NCBI GenBank assembly: GCA_043228905.1 | Contig: JBHGNT010000021.1 | Location: 4,960,001-5,024,000 of the forward strand | Length of the DNA: 64,000 bases | Source: Azolla caroliniana | Lineage: Eukaryota; Plantae; Polypodiophyta | Direction of reading: 5' to 3' | Part shown: piece by piece, positions 1 through 9,924 of the stretch | Layout: the number at the start of each line of letters is the position of its first letter | Position numbering within the stretch: position 1 is the first letter of the stretch | Made by a program: the position numbers and the translations under genes | The notes under the pieces: model-generated | Told to the model about the DNA's origin: nothing | The model's input: the letters and a program-made list of their open reading frames with translations, nothing else | Database searches by the model: none

Positions 1-873
1 CTCTTCTCCTCCAGCATTGCCCTAGCCGTGTCGACAATCATCTTAGTGGTGTAGTCCGTAACCGACATGTCTCTTTACCGGATGTTATTCAGCTCTTGCC
101 GAAGCTGCAACTTTCGGGATGTGCTACTCGCGACGAAAATCTTCGGTAGATTTTCCCAAGCCTCCTTCGAAGTCTTTGCATCCTTGATGTAGCCGAGCAT
201 CTGATCGTGCTCACAGGAAGCGAGGCAGTACAATACTCGACTCGCTCCTTGCTCCCATGTCAGGAAGTCCTTCTATGTTGGCTCCGGCGCTACCTCGTTG
301 GTTCCTTCCACGTAGCTCCAATATCCATGGCCCAACAGGTATTGGTGCATTTTATATGACCAGGACGCATAGTTGCTCCGGTCGAGCTTCTCTGTGGGAA
401 GTGAACTCGCCATACCTCTGTCCATATCTTTCTCTGTCTGTCCTTCACCGGATGTTAGGGTTTGTCTTCACTAGTCACTTGTCGGTTGAAGAGGTTCTCA
501 ACCCTCGCACTCTGATACCATGTGAAAGTTAGCGTGCAGAACCGTATTACAAACCGGCTCTACCGAATGGCGACAATAGAGAGAAAGGTTCAATGGAATC
601 TTAACATAGAGAATATGCGCGGGAGAGAGAGAGAGAGAGAGCAGAACGTAAACTCTATTCAGAAAGTAATAACACTCTGTATGTCACTCTACGTACATAG
701 AATGTGCTCAGAGAGCACTTTTATACAAGTCCATAAAGGACTGACAAAAGTACTGACAAGTACTTCAATGATTATACGAGCGATTGTCACTGACTCCCAA
801 AAATATGCCTACGTACTAGGTTGGATCCATAGGCCTCTAACGGCCTACTGGTTCCAATCATTCCACTCTCACA
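1..873 (-). mobile_element. Ty1/Copia LTR retrotransposon, 5' part (5' LTR 521-873, PBS, decayed gag fused to integrase); continues off the window
   Basis: LTR ends TGTGAAAG(521)...CTCTCACA(873). CTCTGATACCA at 510-520 is the reverse complement of the tRNA-iMet PBS. Minus strand reads gag-like 'HGYWSYVEG...AKTSKEAWENL...LQLRQEL...SVTDYTTK' with stops, then 'IVDTARAMLEEK' (integrase-like). Confidence 0.88.
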
Positions 874-1218
874 TATAGAAGTAAGGGATGTTGAATTTGC
901 AGACGACACTGCCCTATACTTAAAAGGTTATTTGGAAAATTTGCAAAAGATAGAATTGGTCATATACACATTCTATAAGGCTTTAGGTGCATTGGTTAAT
1001 TGGAACAAATCCTTTGCATTTTGGGTGGGAGATGTAAATCCACCGTTATGGAATCCACATCCGCAATTTCGATGGATACCATCAGGTTGCCCAGTTTGGT
1101 ACCTAGGATGTACTATAGATATTGATCTTTCGATGGAAAACCAAGTGACTCCCCTCCTATTGTCGTTGAGGCAAAAATGGTTGTTATGGAGTTCAGCCAA
1201 GTTGTCTTTCGTTGTCGT

Positions 1219-3239
1219 TGTCACGGACACACCAAGCGCGGACTAAGACGAAGCATGGATGATGAGGCTATGACGGAGCGATGATGCGAGGAACTTAAGA
1301 CAGGGAATGACACAAGAGCATAAAGATAGAGATGAAGATCAAGGAGAGAGGATGGGCGAAATGGGAATACAAGATTGATATGTCCATGACTAGCGTTGTT
1401 CACCTTGAATTCCTTCAAGGTGAAGTCAACTATTTATACTAAGCGGCATGCATACTTGTTGCACGCATGTGATACAATAGAGCATGTAGGCAGGAGGTAC
1501 GCATGCATGTGCCAAGTGTAAACAATACAAGGGAGAAATTATGCACATGATGCTAGCTTAAACCTACAATGAGGAAGTATATACATGATTATATGTTAGA
1601 TGTGTTGTTAACACATAACACTCCATTATAACATGGTCATGTCAAGAGTTTGAATCTTGACATTATCCCCCCTCCAACGATGCCTTCCCAAATCGTTAAT
1701 CGTCTTAAGGGTATATTGTTGATGAAAATCTTAGATCACCTCCAAAGTATTTTATAAATCCTAGACAAGGAGTAACCCTTCCACAAGACGAGGTATATAA
1801 CACCAACGGGCATGAGTGACCATGTGTGGTCCTTGCCTAGAACTGGAACACAAATATCAACGGGTGTGAGCGACCATGTGCGGTCCTGACGGGGAACTAG
1901 AACGGTCCCCGTTGAGAGTTGGAACACGAACACCAACGAGAGTGAACAACCAAGGACAACGAGAAATGGAACACGAACGAGTGAGCGACCATGTGGCCCT
2001 CACCGGGAACAGGAACACGAACAGGAGTAATCGACCATCTGCGGTCCTCACCGGGAATTGGAACATGTACAACAACGATCATGAGCGACCATGTCAGTCC
2101 TCACCGGGATCTAGAACACTAACAATAGTTGGAGTGAGCGGCCATGTGCAGTCCTCACCGGAGACTTGAACACGAACAGGAGTGAGAAACCATGCGGCCC
2201 TCACCAGGAACACGAACACGAACGGGAGCGAGCGGCCATGTGCGGGCCTCACCGAGAACACGAACACGAACGGGAGTGTGCGGCCATGTGTGGCCCTCAC
2301 CGGGAAAAGGAACACGAACGTGTGTGAGTGACCATGTAGCCCTCACAGGGAACTCAAACACGAACAGGCGTGAGCGACCATGCGGCCCTCACTAGGAACT
2401 CGAAAACAAACGTGTGTGAGCGACCATCCGGCCCTCACCGGGAACTCGAACACGAACGGGTGCGAGCGACCATGCGGCCCTCACCGGGAACTCGAACACG
2501 AAAACCAACGGGAGTGAGCGGCCTTGTGCGGACCTCACCAGGAACTAGAACACGAACACCAACGGGAGTGAGCGGCCTTGTGCGGCCCTCATCGGGAACT
2601 GAAACACAAACACCAACGGGAGTAAGCGGCCTTGTGTGGCCCTCACCGAGAACTAGAACACGAACACCAATGAGAAAGAAACTAAAAAATTGAGACAATG
2701 AAGCGATGTTGATAATGGTACGGTGACGATGGTAACTCTAGAACCAGGGGCGATGATGGAGACGGGTGATGCTTGTAGTTGGAAGGTGAACAAACTGTCA
2801 CGGACACACCAAGCGTGGACTAAGATGGAGCATGGATGATGAGGCTATGACGGAGCGATGACGTGAGGAACTTAAGACGGGGAATGACACAAAAGCATAA
2901 AGATAGAGATGAAGATCAAGGAGAGAGGATGGGCGAAATGGGAATACTAGATTGATATGTCCATGACTGGCGTTGTTCACCTTGAATTCCTTCAAGGTGA
3001 AGTCAACTATTTATACTAAGTGGCATGCATACCTATTGCACGCATGTGATACAATAGAGCATGTAGGCAATAGGTACGCATGCATGTGCCAAGTGTAAAT
3101 AATACAAGGGAGAAATTATGCACATGATGCTAGCTAAAACCTACAATGAGGAAGTATATACATGATTATATGCTAGATGTGTGGTTAACACATAACACTC
3201 CATTATAACATGGTCATGTCAAGAGTTCGAATCTTGACA
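1219..3239 (-). mobile_element. Non-autonomous chromovirus-derived LTR element (element A): 444-bp LTRs, tandem-repeat interior, chromodomain remnant
   Basis: LTRs 1219-1662 and 2796-3239 (TGTCA...TGACA, about 19 substitutions by eye). TSD GTCGT/GTTGT. PPT reverse complement TTATCCCCCCTCC at 1663-1675. Minus strand ~1700-1800 encodes 'IYLVLWKGYS' and 'DFHQQY'. Confidence 0.92.
1808..2670 (-). repeat. Tandem array of ~17 units of 46-54 bp, each with a GTGAG-GGCC-loop-GG(C/T)C-G-CTCAC hairpin
   Basis: Recurring + strand unit '...gaacacgaac(accaa)cgggagtgagcg(a/g)ccatg(tg)cggccctcaccgggaact...'. Confidence 0.95.
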
Positions 3240-3744
3240 GTTGTAGTGTATTTCATACACTACATGAAAAACTTATAAAGTAGTTGATTCAATAAATATG
3301 AAGAAATAGAAGAAAATATTAAAATATATATCATATGCATAGGGCAAGATTCAAACCTTGTACCTCCATGTAAACAAACTCAAACCTTACCATTATACTA
3401 ACATATCACAAGTGTTAAAAAAGTAAATATCCCACCTAGAAATTTTATTTCACGCATATTTTCTAGGATAAAGCTTTACTTAGAAGAAAAACGCATGATA
3501 GAAAAAAGCTACACATGCACATCTAGCGTGCATAAACACTATAGTCAATAAAAAATGCATGAGGTTAGAAAAAGCATGTTAGAGAAAGCATATAGTCTAT
3601 AGATAGAGAAAACATGGAGTCCATAGTTAGGGGGAAAAAATACATGGATTGCTAAGACTCTCTCATCACTAAATAAGGATGGGGAACACAATGTAATTGG
3701 AGAGAAAATTATCGATGAAGAATCATTAGGGTTCAAAAATAATG

Positions 3745-3990
3745 ATTAATAAAATAAACTATGCTTGTGGGATTCACAAGTTTTCTATATCTTTCTCTTC
3801 CAATCTATTCTAATTTATTAGTACGGTTTTAAATATTAATAAAATAAATAAACTATACTCGTGGGATTCATGAGGTTTCTATATCCTTCTCTTTCAAACT
3901 AAATTCATATTCTTAATTGAATATTGATTAATAAAATACACTATACTTGTGGGATTCACAAGTTCCTATCTCTCTTTCATATAATCTATT
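3745..3990. repeat. Three diverged ~85-bp tandem units in the solo-LTR-like insertion
   Basis: 'attaataaaata(a/c)actat(g/a)ct(t/c)gtgggattca(caa/tga)g...ctatatc' at ~3745, ~3835 and ~3925. Confidence 0.85.
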
Positions 3991-4840
3991 CATAACTAAA
4001 CTCGGCTCAAATTCTTCCTCTCCTAGTCCAAAACCCCAACGGTTCCCACCCGACTCACGCAACGATCCGGCGCCAAAAGGTGTGACATCGTTGGTCGGAT
4101 TGTAGTTGCCAATCAAGTTTTATTGGCTTCAACATGGTATGTTTTGTCATGTTAGATATTCTCCAAGTCATGTATTTTGAAAATACGTAGATTGATTCAT
4201 AATTTTCTGTGGTCCGGTAAAACGGAAGACAATGCTTGGTCTAAAGTGAAATGGGACGTAATTACTTTACCCCGCTCTAAAGGGGGACTAGGCATTATTG
4301 ATCCAGTAGACCAATCAAGAGCATTATTAAGTAAGTTGCTCGTTAGAGGATTTACCCCGGGGAAAGAGATATGGAAAGTATTATTGCTTGACCGCTGCTC
4401 AGATTTCTCTCCTCGCTTAGGTGCCCCCTGGTTTAAGGATGTAAATTGGATATTTAGGGAAAATTTTAGAATACCTACAGCTAACAAGTGGGAAGATAAA
4501 TTTATTAGGACATTATTTTCAACATGGAAACAAGTGTTACCTTGTTTGCTTCACAATTGTCATAATACGAACCCATGACCTTATGTTACATGGGTCAAGC
4601 TCTTGCCATTAGACTATATATTGTAATACGAAAGATGTTATTTTCATTTATTATTTCACTATAGAAAATTGATGTATATTCTAGATTTCTCTAGAACATT
4701 CTAGAAACTTCAGGAGTACTCCTGAAAACACTATAAAAGGAGGCACAAGGCATTATTTCGAACCAAATCAGTTTAACGCCAGTCTTAAGCCTCATAGCTA
4801 TTTTGTACTTACTCTTCATATAATATATCATCTATTATCA

Positions 4841-4915
<75 letters not shown>

Positions 4916-4918
<3 letters not shown>

Positions 4919-6027
4919 GGTGTGCATGTGTTCCTTTGTGCCACCCTTTTAGCACACCCTTTTTAGCCATGCCAACCCAAATGGGTTCCATTGTATCAAC
5001 TATAAATTGATTAAGAAGTAAGAAGCTAAGTAGACTGGTTTTGATCTCTTATGTGCATTCCACATATTGGTAGAGATGACGGGGTACCAGTCCCCCACAT
5101 CCAAGCATCCGCCTCTTCCGCTTCGTAGGTAGCATCGCCCTCACCACCATCACCGACACTCTTGTTAGTCTCTTGTAGTAGTATCTCTTCTATTAGCACC
5201 GCCTTAGTTCACTAGTTAGGCCTCCCGATATCCACCACTTCATCATCAACATCGCTTCATTGTCTCTATTTTTTAGTTTCTTTCGTGTTTGTGTTCGTGT
5301 TCTAGTTCCCGATGAGGGCCGCACAAGGCCACTCACACTCCCGTTGGTGTTCGAGTTCCCAATGAGGGCCACACATGGCTGCTCTCACTCCCGTTGGTGT
5401 TCGTGTTCTAGTTTCTGGTGAGGGGAGCATGGTCGCTCACACCCGTTCGTGTTCGAGTTTTCGATGTGGGCCGCACATGGCCGCTCACTCCCGTTCGTGT
5501 TCCTGTTCCCAGTGAGGGCCGCATGGTCGCTCACTCCCGTTTGTGTTCCAATCTTCGGTGAGGACCGCTCACTCCAACTATTGTTCGTGTTCTAGATCCC
5601 GGTGAGGACCGACATGGTCGCTCATGCCCGTTGTTGTTCATGTTCCAGTTCCCGGTGAGGGCCACATGGTCACTCACTCGTTCGTGTTCCAATTCTCGGT
5701 GAGGACAACATGGTTGCTCACGCCCGTTGGTGTTCGTGTTCCAACTCTCAGCGAGGACCGTTCCAGTTCCCGGCAAGGACCACACATGGTCACTCATGCC
5801 CCTCAATCTCTTGTTTCTCGCAGGGGGGAAATGTGGTGTGCATGTGTTCCTTTGTGCCACCCTTTTAGCACACCCTTTTTAGGATGCGTGTGCCCAAAAT
5901 GACCCACCCTTTTAGCACACCCTTTTTAGCCAGGCCAACCCAAATGGGTTCCGTTGTATCAACTATAAATTGATTAAGAAGTAAGAAGCTAAGTAGACTG
6001 GTTTTGATCTCTTATGTGCATTTCACA
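4916..6027 (+). mobile_element. Small non-autonomous TRIM-like LTR element (element B) in the (TA)n tract of the chromovirus 5' LTR
   Basis: LTRs 4916-5064 (149 bp) and 5832-6027 (196 bp, one extra 47-bp unit), TGTGG...CACA. PBS TGGTAGAGATGACGGGGTA at 5068 resembles the complement of plant tRNA-Ala. PPT AGGGGGGAAA 5822-5831. TSD is ambiguous within the TA tract. Confidence 0.9.
5285..5801 (+). repeat. Tandem array (~11 units) of the same hairpin repeat as 1808-2670, in reverse orientation on the + strand
   Basis: Units 'gtgttcgtgttc(t/c)agttcccggtgagggccgcatggtcgctcactcccgtt' are the reverse complement of the element A units. Confidence 0.93.
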
Positions 6028-6238
6028 TTATATATATATCCTTTTCTCTCTTCCTCTCTCGTGAGTCTTATGCATTCCCTTCTTCTTAGTACTAATCTTC
6101 ATAGTACTTCTCTTCTCTAGTACTAATTCTCTCTCTGTTTTAGTACTATTCCTGACAGTTTGAACCGATTTCTCCTTCCCTCCTCGTCATCTTATCCCTC
6201 CTTCCTTTCATACTAATCCTCTTATCCTCCCTAGTAAA

Positions 6239-9200
6239 ATGGCAACTATTAGCGCTCAGGGATACCAATCTGTTTTCTCGGAGCTCCAGTGCTTAAAAGA
6301 GAAATTTGTAGCACTAGAACAAGAAAATCACCATTTGTTGGGGGATCTTCAACAAATAGCGCTAGAAAAACAACAACACGGGGAGCTGACGTAACGTGTA
6401 CAACAACTTGAAGTGACTATTGTATCATTACAACAACAAGAATCAAGCACTCAAGGGATTCACAAAGAACCCAAGATCGGTCTTCCTACAAAATTCGATG
6501 GAACCCGATCACAGTTTAGAGGTTTTCTTAATCAGGTATGTTTAGTGATTCAAATGTGTGCTTCTCGATATCCCACCGATGCATCACGAGTGGGACTAGT
6601 AGGCACTCTACTTCGTGGCACAGCTTTGGCATGGTTTGCCCCCCTGTTAGAAAAAATCTCTCCCTTGTTAAATAATTTTGAAGAGTTTATTAGCAAGTTT
6701 AAAGCCTATTTTGGAGATACTGACAAAGTTAGGACGGCAATCAACAAAATCCGGAGATTGCATCCATTTCGCTACATCAATTGCGTGAGGAAGGATGCAA
6801 GGAAGCAATGTTTATCTTCGTAGTATCAGTAAAACCTTCCAACACCACTAAAGAGGAGTCCTCAGTTCAACTTCCAAAGAAGTATCGTCATTATGCCAAT
6901 GTGTTTGATAAGGTACAAGACAATACGCTTCCTCACCACCGACCGTATGATTGCCCCATTGATTTACAACCGAGAAAAAAGCCACCATGGGGACGATCTA
7001 CAATTTGTCACTGAACGAGCTAGAAGTCCTTCGAGCTATATAGAGGAGAATTTGGCAAACAATTTCATTCGACATTCGAAATCTCCAGCCGGCGCACCCA
7101 TTTTCTTCATCAAGAAAAAGGATGGATCACTTCGTCTCGTCATATACTACCGTGGCTTGAATAAGGTCACCATCAGGAATAGGTATGCACTTCCCCTTAT
7201 CTCAAGTATTTTAGAACAGTTCAATGGTGCAAGGTTCTTCACAAAGATCGACTTACGAGGAGCATATAACCTCGTACGGAACCAACCAAGAGATGAGTGG
7301 AAGACCGTGTTTCGCATTATATATGGGCAATTTGAGTATACAGTCATGTCATTCAGTCTCACTAATGCGCCAACAGTCTTCCAGCTCATGGCAAATCATA
7401 TATTCCGAGATCTCTTGGATGTTTGTTTGATCATCTATTTGGATGATCTACTAGTTTATTCGAAGACCCAAGAAGAGCATGATTCTCATGTACTATTAGT
7501 ACTAAAATGGCTTCGAGAATATGGTCTTTATGCAAAACTAGAAAAATGTAGTTTCAAGTGCAACCAAGTGGAATTTCTGGCTTATGTCATCTCCTCGAAA
7601 GGCATCTCTATGGATCCAGCTAAGGTCAAAACTGTGGTAGAGTGGTAGACTCCACGTTCGTTGCGAGATATGCAATGCTTTTTAGGCGTTGCCAATTTCT
7701 ACCACAAGTTTATACATGATTATTCAAAGATTATTCTACCTCTCACACAACTTATCAAGAAGGGGTAATCATTTGTTTGGTCTGAAGAAGTGGATATGGC
7801 TTTTGAGAGTCTTAAGAAGACATTTACATCAGCTCCTATCCTAGCTCATGCTGATCCGACAAAACCATTCATCATTAAGGCAGACGCATCAGATTTCGCC
7901 TTGGGTAGCATTCTTTCACAACAAGGCGATGATGAAAAGCTACATCATGTGGCTTGATCCGGCAAAACCATTCATCATTGAGGCAGACGTGTCAAATTTC
8001 GCCTTGGGTAGCCTTCTTTCACAACAAGGAGATGATGAAAAGCTACATCCTGTGGCTTTCCACTCACGCAAGTTTGACGTCACCGAAATCAACTATGAAA
8101 TTCACGATAAAGAGCTATTAGCAATAGTGGACTCTTTTATGCAATGGAGGCATTTCCTAGAGGGATCTGAATATCATCAAGTTCGGTGAGCCCAATTCCT
8201 CAAAATTACATATCGTCCTAGGAAGCAGCAAGGGAAGGTAGATGCGTTATCACGACACTCGTATCTGGCACCACGTCCCGGTGAGCCTGCATTCGATAAC
8301 CAAAAGCAAGTAATCCTGGGACTGGCACAACTGCAAGAAACACGGGTTTTCGATATGCCATTGGACTCCCACATTATCGATACCATACGTGGGGACTTGA
8401 AGACAGATGCTTTCGTTCAAGCCATTCTAGCACAAATTGATTCCTCTCGAGCATCTTGTTCACAGTCGCAACAACCAGGTACGGATTATCGACAATTCGA
8501 ATGTCATGATGGATTACTATTCTTTAAGAAGCTCTTGTATGTTCCTAATGGCTCTTGTCACCTTCAAGTAGTCCAAAATTGTCATGACACATATACAGTT
8601 GGGCATTTTGGTAGTACTAAAACGTTAAATTTAGTATAACGATCATTCTGGTGGCCTCATATGCGACGATTTGTCAAAGATTATGTTCGGACATGTGATA
8701 CATGTTTGCAGAGCAAAGATGCCAAGACATCATCTATATGGTTTATTGGAACCATTACCAATTCCAACCAAGTTGTGGCAATCCATTGCTCTAGATTTCA
8801 TCACAGATCTTCCTGTTTCTAAGGGATTTGATGCGATCTTAACAGTAGTAGATCGATATACAAAGATGGCCCATTTCCTACCATGTACTAAGGAAATCAC
8901 TAGAGAAGATACTATCGACAATTAGGTCCTTTCCGTACTATCGGAAAAATTAATGATGTCATTTTTCATCTCGATTTCCCTCCGCAACTGTGGATACATC
9001 CGGTGTTTCATAGTTCTCTCCTAGAACCCTATCAGAACAGCACCATCCCAGGTTGTATTAAACAACCTCCACCCCCGATCGAACTTGAAGATGGACATGA
9101 GTATGAGGTTGCCGCCATCCTCAATTCGAAGATTGTTCGCACCAAGCTCTGCTAGGATATAGTCCCAGCGAGCGTACTTGGGAACCAATAGAGAATGTGA

Positions 9201-9290
9201 CCAATGCTCATGCTCTTCTTGAAGACTTCCATCGTCAATCTCTAGACAAACCGGGTCCTCAATCCAAAACGACTCGTGACACTCGTCGTT
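6239..9290 (+). pseudogene. Chromovirus gag-pol remnant (gag, RT, RNase H, partial integrase, chromodomain)
   Basis: gag 'KEPKIGLPTKFDGTRSQFRGFL'; RT '[11 protein letters not shown]...KIDLRGAY...YLDDLL'; RNase H 'EADVSNFALG...NYEIHDKELLAI'; IN 'HDTYTVGHFG...ALDFITDLP...[11 protein letters not shown]'; chromodomain 'EYEVAAILNS...TWEPIENV...LLEDFH' (~9098-9250). Has stops, frameshifts, loss of protease and most of the IN core, and a 103-bp tandem duplication (7852-8057). Confidence 0.92.
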
Positions 9291-9842
9291 TTAAAGGGGG
9301 GATAGTTTCATGATATGGCAAGATTCCAACCCATGACCTTATGTTACATGGGTCGAGCTCTTGCCATTAGACTATATATTGTAATACGAAAGATATTATT
9401 TTCATTTATTATTTCACTATAGAAAATTGATGTATATTCCAGATTTCTCTGGAACATTCTAGAAACTTCAGGAGTACTTCTGAAAACACTATAAAAGGAG
9501 ACACAATGCATTATTTCGAACCAAATCGGTTCAACGCCAGTCTTAAGCCTAATAGCTATTTTGTACTTAAGAATTTGATGACATTCAAGTCGACCTTAGA
9601 TGATGGCACTATTCCTCAAGTTCCACTACGTCAGAAACCAAAGTTCAAATATTTGAGTATTCTCATAAATTAAATGACATGTATTTAACTAATAAAACAT
9701 AAAATTTTGTAAACCATCCTTATGATTTTCCTACAAAAAACTAGCTAAACAAATACCTAATTAGTTGTGGTCATTTTAGTAGCTAATTAGCTAATAATAA
9801 TAGTGTTTCCAGTCACATGCTTTTACCCATCATCTTTTATCA

Positions 9843-9924
<82 letters not shown>

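Larger units (their letters stand above)
1213..4087. mobile_element. Solo-LTR-like insertion (~850 bp once the nested element is removed)
   Basis: Starts TGTC (1213) and ends TGTGACA (4087). TCGT on both sides (1209-1212, 4088-4091; alternatively a 5-bp TCGTT with start at 1214). Removing it restores the LINE reading frame. Confidence 0.72.

Noticed and set aside
1808-2670. CRISPR-like array
   Set aside because: Spacers are themselves homologous rather than unique, the array is inside an LTR element in eukaryotic DNA, and there are no cas genes.
1857-2698. Overlapping ORFs on both strands in the array (also 5531-5902)
   Set aside because: They are by-products of GC-rich tandem repeats; unit lengths shift frame and no domain is recognisable.
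4060-4080. TGGCGCC on the minus strand as a tRNA-Asp/Lys PBS
   Set aside because: It lies ~12 bp inside the terminal TGTCACA, with no second LTR or internal domain beyond it.
1808-5801. Hammerhead ribozyme (retrozyme) in the arrays or LTRs of elements A and B
   Set aside because: CCGATGAG/CCGGTGAG only loosely resembles CUGAnGA, and I found no correctly placed GAAA-UH core by eye.
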